From Alphaproteobacteria bacterium (lineage in GTDB: Bacteria > Pseudomonadota > Alphaproteobacteria > JAAXGF01): a DNA stretch of 64,000 nt. A program made the position numbers and the translations under genes. Of the stretch, positions 1-10,268 are shown one piece after another. The notes beneath the pieces are model-generated. The model saw only the letters and a program-made list of their open reading frames with translations. It did no database searches and was not told the origin of the DNA. Each line of letters starts with the position of its first letter. The stretch's first letter is position 1. Location of the stretch: the NCBI GenBank assembly GCA_046582565.1, contig JAYGED010000078.1, positions 1,926 to 65,925 of the forward strand, in the 5' to 3' direction.

Positions 1-2503
1 CGGCAAGCTGCTGCCCGAGCAGTTCCCCAAGGTCTTCGGGCCGAACCAGGACGAAGCCCTCGACGACGGCATCGTTGGCGAAGCATTCGTGAAGCTGGCC
101 GCCGAAATCGAGCATGAGACGGGTAAATCGCAGACCCCCGAGGCGGTGGCCGAAGGCTTCCTCGCCATCGCGGTCGAGAACATGGCCCGCGCCATCAAGG
201 AAATCTCCGTCCACCGCGGCTACGACGTTACCGAGTACACCCTATGCTGCTTCGGCGGCGCCGGCGGTCAGCACGCCTGCCAGGTGGCCGACGCCCTGGG
301 CATGAAGCGCGTGTTTCTGCATCCCTACGCCGGGGTGCTGTCGGCCTATGGCATGGGCCTCGCCGATGTGCGGGTGATGCGTGAGCGCGCCGTCGAGGCC
401 GCCCTCGATGAGGAGACGGTGCAGAAGCTTAAGCCCCTGCTCGACGCCCTCGCCGAAGACGCCCTCGGCGATATGGCGGACCAGGGCGCCGACGGCGGCA
501 AGATCACTCTGCTCAAGAAAGTCCATCTGCGCTACGACGGCACCGACAGCCCGTTGATCGTCGAATACGCCGAGCGCGCCGCCATGGTCGAGAGTTTCGA
601 GGCGGCGCACCGCCAGCGCTACGGCTTCATCGTCCCCGACAAGGCGCAAATCGTTGAGAACATATCGGTCGAAGCCATCGCCGCCATGGCCGAGGTCGAG
701 GACCCCATCATCGAGACTGGCGACGGCGGACCGGTGGCGCCGTTGTCGACAGTCGAGATTTATTGCGACGGCGCCCACCGCCCCGCCGCCGTCCATGCGC
801 GCGACGGTCTTAGGGCCGGCGACCAGATCGACGGGCCGGCGATCCTGGTGGAGAGCACCGGCACCACCCTGGTCGAGCCCGGCTGGCGCGCCGAGGTCAA
901 CGCGTTCGGCCATCTGCTGCTGGAGCGCATCGAGGTCAAGACCCACCGGGTCGCCATCGGCACTTCGGTCGATCCGGTGATGCTGGAAATCTTCAACAAT
1001 CTGTTCATGTCGATCGCCGAGCAGATGGGCTCGACCCTGGAGAACACCAGCTATTCGGTCAATATGAAGGAGCGTCTGGATTTTTCCTGCGCCCTGTTCG
1101 ACGCCGGCGGCGGCCTGATCGCCAACGCGCCCCATATGCCGGTCCATCTCGGCTCCATGGGCGAGAGCGTCCGCACCGTTATCGACAGCCGCGGCGCCGC
1201 CATGAAACAGGGCGACGTGTTCGTGCTCAACGCGCCCTATAACGGAGGCACCCACCTGCCCGATGTCACCCTGATCGCGTCGATGTTCGACGAGGCGGGC
1301 GCAGAGGTTCTGTTCTATGTGGGCTCGCGCGGCCATCACGCGGATATCGGCGGGGTAACGCCGGGCTCCATGCCGCCCAAGAGCACCACGGTGGAGGAGG
1401 AAGGGGTGCTCATCGACGACGTGCAGCTGGTCGATCAGGGGCATTTCCTCGAAGCCGATATGCGCGCCCTGCTCGCCTCCGGGCCGTACCCCGCGCGCAA
1501 CCCGGACCAGAGCATCGCCGACCTCAAGGCGCAGCTTGCCTCCTGCGCCCGCGGTATCTCGGAGCTTGGCAAGATGGTCGAGCATTTCTCCCTGGCCACG
1601 GTTCAGGCTTACATGGGCCATGTCCAGGACAATGCCGAGGAATCCGTGCGCCGGGTGATCGCTAAGCTCGATGACGGAGACTTCGAATATCCCCTGGATG
1701 AAGGCGGGGTGATCCGCGTCGCCATCACCATCGACAAGCAGACGCGGCGCGCAACAGTCGACTTCACCGGCACCTCGGAGCAGCGCACCAGCAACTTCAA
1801 CGCGCCGTCCGCCGTCTGCCGGGCTGCAGTGCTCTATGTCTTCCGCACCCTGGTGGACGATCAGATACCCATGAACGAGGGCTGTCTCAAACCGCTTGAT
1901 CTGATCATCCCGGAAGGCTCCATGCTCAGGCCGCGCTATCCGGCGGCGGTGGTGGCGGGCAATGTGGAGACCTCGCAATGCATCGTCGATGCGCTCTACG
2001 GCGCGCTTGTCGTCATGGCCGGCGCCCAGGGCACCATGAACAATTTCACCTTCGGCGATGACCGCTGGCAATATTACGAGACGATCTGCGGCGGCGCCGG
2101 GGCGGGACCGCAATTCGACGGCGCCGACGCGGTCCATACCCATATGACCAACTCGCGCATGACCGACCCCGAGGTCCTCGAATGGCGCTTTCCGGTGTTG
2201 CTGGAGCGCTTCGCCATCCGCCGCGGCTCCGGCGGCAAGGGCGCCCAGCGGGGCGGCGACGGCACGATCCGCCGCATCCGCTTCCGCCAACCCATGACCG
2301 CCGCCATCCTCTCGAACCACCGCACCGTGGCGCCCTTCGGCGTGGGCGGCGGCGAGCCCGGTGCGACCGGGCGCAATGCGGTCGAGCGGGCCGACGGAAC
2401 CTGCCAGGAATTAGAAGCCTGCGATCAAGTCGACATGGCTAAGGGCGACGTCTTCGTCATCGAAACCCCCGGCGGCGGCGGGTTTGGGGTAGCAAAAGGA
2501 TAA
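1..2503 (+). CDS. Hydantoinase/5-oxoprolinase family protein, C-terminal (HyuB-like) part. The gene starts upstream of the window, so this is 5'-truncated.
   Basis: The reading frame is open from base 1. The 804-aa translation resembles the hydantoinase B/oxoprolinase domain, and the first ~30 codons look like the end of a fused HyuA domain. Confidence 0.7.
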   Translation, partial: GKLLPEQFPKVFGPNQDEALDDGIVGEAFVKLAAEIEHETGKSQTPEAVAEGFLAIAVENMARAIKEISVHRGYDVTEYTLCCFGGAGGQHACQVADALGMKRVFLHPYAGVLSAYGMGLADVRVMRERAVEAALDEETVQKLKPLLDALAEDALGDMADQGADGGKITLLKKVHLRYDGTDSPLIVEYAERAAMVESFEAAHRQRYGFIVPDKAQIVENISVEAIAAMAEVEDPIIETGDGGPVAPLSTVEIYCDGAHRPAAVHARDGLRAGDQIDGPAILVESTGTTLVEPGWRAEVNAFGHLLLERIEVKTHRVAIGTSVDPVMLEIFNNLFMSIAEQMGSTLENTSYSVNMKERLDFSCALFDAGGGLIANAPHMPVHLGSMGESVRTVIDSRGAAMKQGDVFVLNAPYNGGTHLPDVTLIASMFDEAGAEVLFYVGSRGHHADIGGVTPGSMPPKSTTVEEEGVLIDDVQLVDQGHFLEADMRALLASGPYPARNPDQSIADLKAQLASCARGISELGKMVEHFSLATVQAYMGHVQDNAEESVRRVIAKLDDGDFEYPLDEGGVIRVAITIDKQTRRATVDFTGTSEQRTSNFNAPSAVCRAAVLYVFRTLVDDQIPMNEGCLKPLDLIIPEGSMLRPRYPAAVVAGNVETSQCIVDALYGALVVMAGAQGTMNNFTFGDDRWQYYETICGGAGAGPQFDGADAVHTHMTNSRMTDPEVLEWRFPVLLERFAIRRGSGGKGAQRGGDGTIRRIRFRQPMTAAILSNHRTVAPFGVGGGEPGATGRNAVERADGTCQELEACDQVDMAKGDVFVIETPGGGGFGVAKG

Positions 2504-2591
2504 GCACAGAGAAGCCGTCAGCTTTCAGCTTTCAGCCAAGGAGTGTTTTTAAGCTGACCGCTGATAGCTGACGGCTTCTCCCCTCTGTGAC
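2504..2591. terminator. Bidirectional terminator-like palindrome between convergent genes.
   Basis: CACAGAGAAGCCGTCAGCT (2505-2523) pairs with AGCTGACGGCTTCTCCCCTCTGTG (2566-2589). It sits between the stop of the + gene (2503) and the stop of the - gene (2592). Confidence 0.5.
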
Positions 2592-3740
2592 TCACACTTC
2601 TTCCAGCCCGCGCTCCAGGTCGGCGATCAGGTCACCCGTGTCTTCGATGCCGACCGAGATGCGCAGCAGGTCGGGGGGCACGGGGCTGTCCGCAGGCTCG
2701 ATGCCGGCGCGGTGTTCGATCAGGCTCTCGACGCCGCCCAGCGAGGTGGCGCGCTTGAACAGGCGGCAAGCGCCGGACAGACGCAGGGCCTCCTCGGCGC
2801 CGCCTTTGACGCGCAGCGACAGCATGCCGCCGAAGCCGCCCTTCATCTGGCGCGCCGCCAGGTCATGGCCGGGATGGCTGGCGAGGCCGGGATAAAGCAC
2901 CTTCGAGATCTTGGGGTGGCCGTGGAAATGCTCGGCAATGGCCAGGGCCGACGCGGAGCAGGCTTTGACGCGGAGATGCAGGGTGCGCATGCCGCGCAGC
3001 AGCAGCCAGGCCTCGAACGGGCCAAGCACCGCGCCGGCAATATGGCGGTATTCGCTGATTGCCTTCCAGAAATCGTCGTCTTGCGCCGTCACCAGCGCGC
3101 CGGCCAGCACGTCCGAATGGCCGTTGAGATATTTGGAGGCGGAATGCATGACGATGTCCGCGCCGAGGGCGATGGGGTTGCTCAGCACCGGCGAGGCGGC
3201 GGTCGAATCGATCGCGAGGCGCGCCCCGGCACCGTGGGCAATGGCGACGCTGGCGGCGATGTCGTCGATATCCCACATGGGATTGCAGGGGGTCTCGATC
3301 CAGATCAGCTTGGTCTCGCCCAGACGCACGGCGGCAGCCAAAGCCACGAGGTCGCCGTTGGGTACGAAGTCGACCTTGAGCCCCCATCGCATGCCCTGCT
3401 CTTTCAGCCAGGTGCGCACGCCGTGGTAGGTCACCTCCGGCGCGATAACGTGATCGCCGGGGCCGAGCGACTGGAATACCGCCGCGACGGCTGCCATGCC
3501 GGACGAAAACAAGCGGCAACCGGCGCCGCCTTCGAGGGTGTTTAGCAAGGCCTCGGGATGGTCGTAAGTCGGGTTGGCGTCGCGTGAATACATGCGCCCG
3601 TAACGCGCCTGATTATCGGCGGGCCTGGCATAGGTGGTCGAGGGATAAATCGGCGGAACGATGCCCTGGAACGCGGGCTCATCCCAGCCAAGCGCCTGGG
3701 CCGTATGAGTCTCGGGCTTGTATTCAGGATCGTCGGACAT
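2592..3740 (-). CDS. PLP-dependent trans-sulfuration enzyme (cystathionine gamma-synthase / beta-lyase / O-succinylhomoserine sulfhydrylase family).
   Basis: 382-aa protein with a Cys/Met-metabolism PLP fold, including the SASKYLNGHSDV lysine region. Confidence 0.8.
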   Translation of the reverse strand: MSDDPEYKPETHTAQALGWDEPAFQGIVPPIYPSTTYARPADNQARYGRMYSRDANPTYDHPEALLNTLEGGAGCRLFSSGMAAVAAVFQSLGPGDHVIAPEVTYHGVRTWLKEQGMRWGLKVDFVPNGDLVALAAAVRLGETKLIWIETPCNPMWDIDDIAASVAIAHGAGARLAIDSTAASPVLSNPIALGADIVMHSASKYLNGHSDVLAGALVTAQDDDFWKAISEYRHIAGAVLGPFEAWLLLRGMRTLHLRVKACSASALAIAEHFHGHPKISKVLYPGLASHPGHDLAARQMKGGFGGMLSLRVKGGAEEALRLSGACRLFKRATSLGGVESLIEHRAGIEPADSPVPPDLLRISVGIEDTGDLIADLERGLEEV

Positions 3741-3816
3741 AGTGGATTCTCATATTGATTCTGGACATGGCGGAAGCTAACAGAGCACCATGGTTCTTTC
3801 CAGAGAGGAGCCGACC

Positions 3817-4647
3817 ATGACGCTCGATCAACAAGCCAAGGCCGCCCGGTTCATCGACCTTCACAAGCGCGACGGCGGCTTCGTCATTCCCAACCCCTGG
3901 GATGTTGGCAGTGCGCGCATACTCGAGGCCCTGGGCTTCGAGGCCCTGGCCACAACCAGCGCAGGGTTGGCTTTTTCGCTTGGCTTGACCGACGGCAACG
4001 TCACCATGCAACAGGCCTTGGAGCATTGCGCGGCCCTCGTATCGGCGACCAGCCTGCCCGTATCGGCGGACCTGGAAAAAGGCTTCGGCGACAGTCCCGA
4101 ATCCGTTGCGGAGACCATCACGGCGGCGGCGGAGTCCGGGCTGGTCGGCTGCTCTATCGAGGATTTCTGCGGCGACCCGAAAGCGCCGATCTATGATTTC
4201 AATCTCGCCGTCGACCGCATCGCCGCGGCGGTCGAAACCGCCCGCTCGCTGCCCCATGATTTCGTCCTGACGGCACGGTCTGAAAATTACCTGCGGGGCA
4301 ACCCGGACCTCGACGACACCATCAAGCGCTTGCAGGCCTTCGAGGCGGCGGGCGCCGATGTGCTCTACGCCCCCGGCTTGCCCACGCTCGAAGACATCCG
4401 CACGCTCTGCGCGTCACTGACGCGTCCGGTCAATGTGGTTGTCGGCGCACCCAAGGCGCCTTACGGCGTCGCCGAGTTGGCGGAAGCCGGGGTTACGCGC
4501 ATCAGTGTCGGCGCGACCTTCGCCCGGCTCGCCTACGGCGAGTTCATCCGCGCGGCCCAGGAAATTGCAGGGCCGGGAACCCTCGGCTTCACCGATCGCG
4601 CCATGGGTTCCGCTGAATTGTCGGGCTACTTAAAAGAGCCCGATTAG
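3817..4647 (+). CDS. Isocitrate lyase/PEP mutase superfamily enzyme (2-methylisocitrate lyase / carboxyvinyl-carboxyphosphonate phosphorylmutase-like).
   Basis: PEP-mutase family fold from the translation. Start placed at MTLDQQ, which is preceded by GAGAGGAG. An alternative upstream ATG lies at 3790. Confidence 0.7.
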   Translation: MTLDQQAKAARFIDLHKRDGGFVIPNPWDVGSARILEALGFEALATTSAGLAFSLGLTDGNVTMQQALEHCAALVSATSLPVSADLEKGFGDSPESVAETITAAAESGLVGCSIEDFCGDPKAPIYDFNLAVDRIAAAVETARSLPHDFVLTARSENYLRGNPDLDDTIKRLQAFEAAGADVLYAPGLPTLEDIRTLCASLTRPVNVVVGAPKAPYGVAELAEAGVTRISVGATFARLAYGEFIRAAQEIAGPGTLGFTDRAMGSAELSGYLKEPD

Positions 4648-5336
4648 CGCTGATACTGAGTCTTGCCGAACAGGACTTCGCTCTGCTTCTTGTCGAAGCC
4701 GGTGTTCTTGCGCTGTTTATCCGACAGCACCTGAAGGCCGCGTTGCACCGCCGGGCGGTCGTTGATCGCTTCGAACCAGCGTTTGACATGGGGGAACTCG
4801 TTGAGGTCCTGGCCCTGACGTTCGTAAGAGCGCAGCCAGGGAAACACGGCCATGTCGGCGATGGTATACTCACCGGCGAGGTAATCGCTCTCCCCGAGAC
4901 GGATATCCAGCACCTTGTAGAGCCGCGCCGCCTCGTTGGTGTAGCGATCCACCGCGTAAGGGATGGTCTCGGGCGCGTAGGCGCGAAAGTGATGGGCCTG
5001 GCCGAGCATCGGCCCGATATGACCCATCTGGAACATCAGCCATTGCACGACGCGATAACGGGCGGTGATCTCCTGGGGCATGAAGCGACCTGTCTTCTCG
5101 GCAAGATAGAGCAGCATGGCGCCGGATTCGAACATCGCGTAGGGATTACCGCCGGGCCCGTCATGATCGACCATGGCCGGCATCTTGTTGTTGGGACTGA
5201 TCTTGAGGAATTCGGGATCGAACTGATCGCCGGCGCCGATGTCGATGGGAATAATCTTATAGTCGAGCCCGAGTTCCTCGAGCATTATGTGCATCTTATG
5301 ACCGTTCGGCGTCGGCCAGGTATAGAGGTCGATCAT
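4644..5336 (-). CDS. Glutathione S-transferase (YfcG/YghU-like nu class).
   Basis: 230-aa protein with a thioredoxin-like N-terminal domain and a GST C-terminal domain. Confidence 0.75.
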   Translation of the reverse strand: MIDLYTWPTPNGHKMHIMLEELGLDYKIIPIDIGAGDQFDPEFLKISPNNKMPAMVDHDGPGGNPYAMFESGAMLLYLAEKTGRFMPQEITARYRVVQWLMFQMGHIGPMLGQAHHFRAYAPETIPYAVDRYTNEAARLYKVLDIRLGESDYLAGEYTIADMAVFPWLRSYERQGQDLNEFPHVKRWFEAINDRPAVQRGLQVLSDKQRKNTGFDKKQSEVLFGKTQYQR

Positions 5337-5714
5337 GAGCTATTCCTTCGGGATGGTCCTTCATCGCGGTGGCGATAAGAAGAATTGAATGGTCCCTAGA
5401 TATAATGTCTCGATGAAAAATTTTTAAGTCTTATCCACTCCGAACATATTCAACTCTCTATTGCTTGACGTTGAAATCTGAGAGTCGTAAGCTTTGCTTA
5501 CGTGATCGGGTATCCGACCACGATATAGCCGCCGCAATGCCTTTGCGGTGACCCCCTGCGAGTATCCCGTCGGGCCCATCGGGCGCCAGCGGTCGAGCAC
5601 AGGGCAAACGAAGCGATGAGCGGGAGTCTCAGCAACGGGGCTCCCGTCTCTTGAATGCAATCCGCCGCTTGATGTAGTCTCACCCGGATCACGAATGTTC
5701 AGGGAGCGTGAACG

Positions 5715-6275
5715 ATGACCGCATCATACGGGCTTGAGGATTACGTCGCCGACCTCAGGCGCATTACCGCCGAGACCACCGATGAGAGCGAGATTTTCGA
5801 TCGGCTCGGCCCCCTCGCCCAACAGCTGGTGGCCGATAAATCCTGGCTGAAACCGGAATATTACCAGGCCGACGCGGAGCAGCGATTCGGTATCAACGTA
5901 CTCCATGAAGAAGCCGGCCACAGCCTGGCGATTTTCATGGTCTCCTGGGACCCGCACAAAGGCGTCGCGCCCCACGACCACGGCACCTGGGCGCTGATCG
6001 CCGGGGTCGAGGGAATCGAGCGCAACACCAGCTATGCCCGTCTCGACGACCGCAGCCGTGACGGCTACGCGGAGATCGAGATCAAATCGGAACTCCAGGC
6101 TGGACCGGGCGATCTGGTCTGCATGAAAAATGGCGGCATCCATTCGGTGCGCAACGACAGCGATGCGGTCACCCTGTCGCTCCATACCTACGGCATGCAT
6201 GTCAACCACACCGAGCGCTCGGTGTATGACATGGAAGCCAACAGCGCCGAGACCTTTCAGCTCAAAATCGCCTAG
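5715..6275 (+). CDS. Cupin-fold thiol dioxygenase (cysteine dioxygenase type I / 3-mercaptopropionate dioxygenase-like).
   Basis: 186-aa protein with the GVAPHDHGTWALIAGVEG His-rich cupin motif. GGAG-containing ribosome-binding site upstream. Confidence 0.7.
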   Translation: MTASYGLEDYVADLRRITAETTDESEIFDRLGPLAQQLVADKSWLKPEYYQADAEQRFGINVLHEEAGHSLAIFMVSWDPHKGVAPHDHGTWALIAGVEGIERNTSYARLDDRSRDGYAEIEIKSELQAGPGDLVCMKNGGIHSVRNDSDAVTLSLHTYGMHVNHTERSVYDMEANSAETFQLKIA

Positions 6276-6279
6276 GTCT

Positions 6280-8274
6280 TTAGAGACTCAGCGCCAGCTT
6301 GCGGCCTTCGAAGATAGCCATGGCGGCGGTGCGGGCGGCGACCATATCGCCGAGCGCGTGGATCTCCGGGCCTGTACTCCCGGCAAGTTCTAATTGCAGG
6401 CCGTCATTGGGCTTGTTGGTGCAGGCCATGACCAGGGTATCAAATTCGCGGGTCTCCTCGTCGCCGGTATAGAGATTGACCAGGGTCGCGGTGTTGCCCT
6501 CCCATTTGGTGATCGCGGTGGCGACCACGGTCTCGACCCCCAACTTCATGAAACGCTCGCGCGTCGTGTCGGCGGTGCGGCTGTTTTCCAACTGTCCCGC
6601 CGCCTGCTCGGACGAGGTCACCAGAGTCACCCGATGGCGCTGCTCGGCGAGATGCAGCGCCGTGCCGCTGGCCGGCCACCAGCCGTTGATGTCATCGAGC
6701 AACAGCACGTTGGCTCCCGGAACAACCGAGCCATCCAATACGTCATGGACGGTGCAGACATTGTCCTGATCGACGCCGGGCAGGCGGTCGATGCCGGGCC
6801 GCGCCCGCTGGAAGCCGTCACGCGCCGGTGTCGAGCCGGTGCAGAGAACCACCGCGTCGGCGCCCGAGGCGGAAATCTCCTCGGCGCTCATCTCGGTATT
6901 GAGCTTGACGCGGACCTGCAATTTCTCGAGCTGCTTGTCATACCAGTTGAGGAAATAGCCGATCTCGCCGCGTTCGGGCTGGCCGGCGGCAAGGCGGAAC
7001 TGGCCGCCAAGCTCGCCGCTCTTTTCCGCCAGGGTCACCTTGTGGCCGCGCAGGGCCGCCACGCGCGCCACCTCGAGCCCCGCCGGGCCGCCGCCGACCA
7101 CGAGGATTTCGCGGGGAACCGCGGCGGGCTCATCGGCGTCGTCGCCGCTCCATTCGGTCTCGCGGCCCACCGAGGGGTTGACCAGACAGGAAATCCAGTT
7201 CTCGCGGATGCGCCTGCCGATGCACAGCTGGTTGCAGGAAATACAGGGCCTGATCTCATCGCTGCGCCCCTCGGCGGCCTTGTTGGCGAGATGGGGATCG
7301 GCGATTTGCGAGCGCACCAGGGAAACCATGTCGGCCTGGCCTTCGGCGATGATTTTCTCGGCGAAATAAGGCGCCTTGACCCGCGCCTCGCTGGTGATGC
7401 GGGCGTGGCTGACTACTTCCTTGAACTGGGCGGCGTCGGATGCGGTCAGGGTCAGGCCGTTATGGAAGCTCGGCACGATTTTCGAGAAATCATTGAGGTA
7501 GCTTCCGTAGCCGACGGAGTAATAATCGGCCAGGCCGCGCTCATCCAGATAGGCGATGGCCTCCAGCTTGTCTTCGATGGTCATCCCGCCGATGCAGGGC
7601 TCGGCGCCGGAGATGGTCATGCCGACGATAAAATCATTGCCCGCCAGCTTGCGGATGCGGGAGGTGACCTCGACGGCAAAGCGCATGCGGTTTTCCAGCG
7701 ACCCGCCCCAGCGGTCGTCGCGCTTGTTGGTCACGGTTGACCAGAACTGATCGACCAGGCAGTTGTAGCCGGCGAAGATATCGACGCCGTCGAAGCCGGC
7801 CTTCTGGTCGCGCCGGGCAGCCTGAACGAAGCCGTCGATAAGCTCCTCGATCTCGGCCTCGGTCATGGCGTGGCTGCCCCAGGGATCATGCATGGACGGC
7901 ATGCCCGAGGGCGACCAATAGGGCTCCCAGCTGTTGTCCTGATCGCCGTGGCCGCCGACGTGATAGATCTGATGGATCATCACCGTGCCATGGCTATGGC
8001 ATTCGTCGGTGATGCGGCGGAAATGGGGGATCACGCTGTCGTCGCCGTGGCGGAAATTAGCGCGGATCAGCACCCCGGTGCGGTGCGCCGGCGCGGGCTC
8101 GACGACGATCATCGCCGCCCCGCCCCGGGCGCGCTCGCGGTAATAGGAAAAATGGCGGTCGCCGGGCAGTCCGTCCTCGCCCATGTTGGTGGTATGGGCG
8201 CCGAACACGATACGGTTTTTCAGCGTGTGACTGCCGACCGTCACCGGGGTGAACAGGGTGGGGTAAGTTGCCAT
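6280..8274 (-). CDS. FadH/TMADH-family oxidoreductase: OYE-like FMN TIM barrel with a 4Fe-4S site plus a C-terminal FAD/NAD(P) domain (2,4-dienoyl-CoA reductase-like).
   Basis: Cys-rich CISCNQLC motif and the GGGPAG dinucleotide-binding motif. Start set at MATYPTLF, preceded by AAGGA. The ORF is open further upstream to 8373. Confidence 0.75.
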   Translation of the reverse strand: MATYPTLFTPVTVGSHTLKNRIVFGAHTTNMGEDGLPGDRHFSYYRERARGGAAMIVVEPAPAHRTGVLIRANFRHGDDSVIPHFRRITDECHSHGTVMIHQIYHVGGHGDQDNSWEPYWSPSGMPSMHDPWGSHAMTEAEIEELIDGFVQAARRDQKAGFDGVDIFAGYNCLVDQFWSTVTNKRDDRWGGSLENRMRFAVEVTSRIRKLAGNDFIVGMTISGAEPCIGGMTIEDKLEAIAYLDERGLADYYSVGYGSYLNDFSKIVPSFHNGLTLTASDAAQFKEVVSHARITSEARVKAPYFAEKIIAEGQADMVSLVRSQIADPHLANKAAEGRSDEIRPCISCNQLCIGRRIRENWISCLVNPSVGRETEWSGDDADEPAAVPREILVVGGGPAGLEVARVAALRGHKVTLAEKSGELGGQFRLAAGQPERGEIGYFLNWYDKQLEKLQVRVKLNTEMSAEEISASGADAVVLCTGSTPARDGFQRARPGIDRLPGVDQDNVCTVHDVLDGSVVPGANVLLLDDINGWWPASGTALHLAEQRHRVTLVTSSEQAAGQLENSRTADTTRERFMKLGVETVVATAITKWEGNTATLVNLYTGDEETREFDTLVMACTNKPNDGLQLELAGSTGPEIHALGDMVAARTAAMAIFEGRKLALSL

Positions 8275-8337
8275 GACTTGTATCCTTGGGTGCGAAACGC
8301 GACATGATACAATCGGGCATTCAATCGAGTATCGCAA

Positions 8338-8823
8338 ATGGCAAACGACGCGCAAGACGATAAATCCGACCATCCCGGCGTCATTGCGCCGCCGCCACTG
8401 ATCTATCTCGGCTTTCTAGGGTCGGGCTTTCTGCTCGATTGGGCCTGGCCGGTGGCGGTGCATGTGCCCGGATTCCTGCGGTACGGGATGGCTGTGGCAT
8501 TGGCCGTCGTCGGCGTCGTCATCGCGCTCGCCGCGTTTCGCGAATTCCGCCGGGCCAAGACCAATATCCAGCCCCACAAGCCGACTACCGCGATCATCAC
8601 CAGCGGACCCTTCTCCTCAATGCGCAACCCGCTCTATCTGGCCCTTGCCCTGTTCTACGGTGCCATCGCCATCGCCGCGGGCAATGCCTGGGCGCTGATG
8701 CTCCTGGTCCCCGCCCTGCTGGTCATCAACTATTTCGTCATCGCCCGCGAGGAACGCTATCTCGAGGTCAAGTTCGGCGATGACTACCTCACCTATAAAA
8801 GCAAAGTGTCGCGCTGGTTTTAG
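8338..8823 (+). CDS. Membrane methyltransferase of the isoprenylcysteine carboxyl methyltransferase / phospholipid methyltransferase family.
   Basis: 161-aa multi-TM protein with the MRNPLYLA...REERYLE...FGDDY signature. Confidence 0.65.
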   Translation: MANDAQDDKSDHPGVIAPPPLIYLGFLGSGFLLDWAWPVAVHVPGFLRYGMAVALAVVGVVIALAAFREFRRAKTNIQPHKPTTAIITSGPFSSMRNPLYLALALFYGAIAIAAGNAWALMLLVPALLVINYFVIAREERYLEVKFGDDYLTYKSKVSRWF

Positions 8824-10268
8824 CTGCCCAGCTTCTTCCGTAAAAGCTCATTGACCAGGCCGGGGTTAGCCTTGCCTTTGGTCGCCTGCATGATCTGGCC
8901 GACGAACCAGCCGATCACCTTGGGGTTGTCGGCGAACTGGCTGGCCTGGTCGGGATTGTCGGCGATCAGCCTATCGACCATGGTCTCGATCTCGCCCTGG
9001 TCGCTGATTTGCCCGAGGCCCTTGGCTTCGACGATGGCGGCGGCCTCCATCCCGCTTGTGAACATCTCCGCGAACACATCCTTGGCGGTGCGGCTGGATA
9101 TGGCGTCGTCGGCGATGAGGTCGAGCAGGCCGCCGAGGGACTTTGCGGAGACCGGCGAGGCGGCAATCTTCATCTCGGCCTGGTTGAGCTGGCCGAAGAG
9201 ATCGTGGATCACCCAGTTGGCGGCGGTCCTGGCGTCGCGTCCCTGAGCTACCGCCTCAAAGAATTCGGCGCTCTCGCGCTCGGCTACGAGCTGATCGGCG
9301 TCGGCATCGGCGAGGCCGTAGTCGGCAATGAAGCGCGCCCGCTTGGCGTCGGGCAGCTCCGGCAGGGTCGCGGCGATCTCATCGACCCAGGATTGCTCAA
9401 GCACCAGGGGCAGCAGGTCCGGGTCTGGAAAATAGCGATAATCGTGGGATTCTTCCTTGCTGCGCATGGGGCGGGTCTCGCCGCGGTCGGCATCGAACAG
9501 GCGGGTCTCCTGGGTAACCTTGCCGCCGTCCTCAAGGATCTCGATCTGACGCCTAGCCTCGATCTCGATGACCCGTTTAATGAATCGGATCGAATTGACG
9601 TTTTTGGTTTCCGAACGGGTGCCAAGCTCGGCGCCGGGCCGGCGCACCGAGACATTGACGTCGCAGCGCAGGGAGCCCTCCTCCATATTGCCGTCGCAAC
9701 TGCCGATGTAGCGCAGGATCGAGCCCAGCTTGGTGACGAAGGCGCCGGCTTCCTCGGCCGAGCGCATGTCGGGTTCGGAGACGATCTCCATGAGCGCCAC
9801 GCCGGCCCTATTCAGGTCGACATGGGTTGTGCGCGGATCGCGGTCATGGATGCTCTTGCCGGCGTCCTGCTCAAGATGCAGCCGGGTGATGCCGATCTCG
9901 CGCGACTCCCCGCTCTCAAGATCGAGGGTCAGTTTACCGTAGCCGACGATGGGCCGGGTGAACTGGGAAATCTGATAGCCCGGCGGAAGGTCGGGGTAGA
10001 AATAATTCTTGCGGTCGAATACCGAAATCAGATTGATTTCTGCGCCCAGCGCCAGGCCGGTGCGCACCGCCTGCTCGACGCAGACCTTATTGATCACCGG
10101 CAGCATGCCCGGCATGGCGGCGTCGACCAGACTGACCTGGGTGTTCGGCTCGGCCCCGAACGCCGTCCCTGCGCCGGAAAAAAGCTTGGCGTTAGACACC
10201 ACCTGACAATGGACCTCGCAGCCGATGACGATTTCCCAATCGCCGGTAGCACCTTTCATCAGGCTCAT
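8820..10268 (-). CDS. gatB: Asp-tRNA(Asn)/Glu-tRNA(Gln) amidotransferase subunit B.
   Basis: 482-aa protein with the canonical GatB N-terminus (EVHCQV...[12 protein letters not shown]). Confidence 0.92.
   Translation of the reverse strand: MSLMKGATGDWEIVIGCEVHCQVVSNAKLFSGAGTAFGAEPNTQVSLVDAAMPGMLPVINKVCVEQAVRTGLALGAEINLISVFDRKNYFYPDLPPGYQISQFTRPIVGYGKLTLDLESGESREIGITRLHLEQDAGKSIHDRDPRTTHVDLNRAGVALMEIVSEPDMRSAEEAGAFVTKLGSILRYIGSCDGNMEEGSLRCDVNVSVRRPGAELGTRSETKNVNSIRFIKRVIEIEARRQIEILEDGGKVTQETRLFDADRGETRPMRSKEESHDYRYFPDPDLLPLVLEQSWVDEIAATLPELPDAKRARFIADYGLADADADQLVAERESAEFFEAVAQGRDARTAANWVIHDLFGQLNQAEMKIAASPVSAKSLGGLLDLIADDAISSRTAKDVFAEMFTSGMEAAAIVEAKGLGQISDQGEIETMVDRLIADNPDQASQFADNPKVIGWFVGQIMQATKGKANPGLVNELLRKKLGS

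Noticed and set aside
242-2320. 692-aa ORF on the minus strand, antisense to the oxoprolinase gene. Similar long antisense ORFs occur at 2712-3545, 6394-7740, 9009-10610, 23712-24632, 22326-23687, 40607-41569, 47730-49280, 52202-53620 and 54036-55385.
   Set aside because: These are typical spurious open frames of high-GC DNA opposite strongly supported genes. The translations are Ala/Arg/Gly-rich, match no family, and lack start/RBS context.
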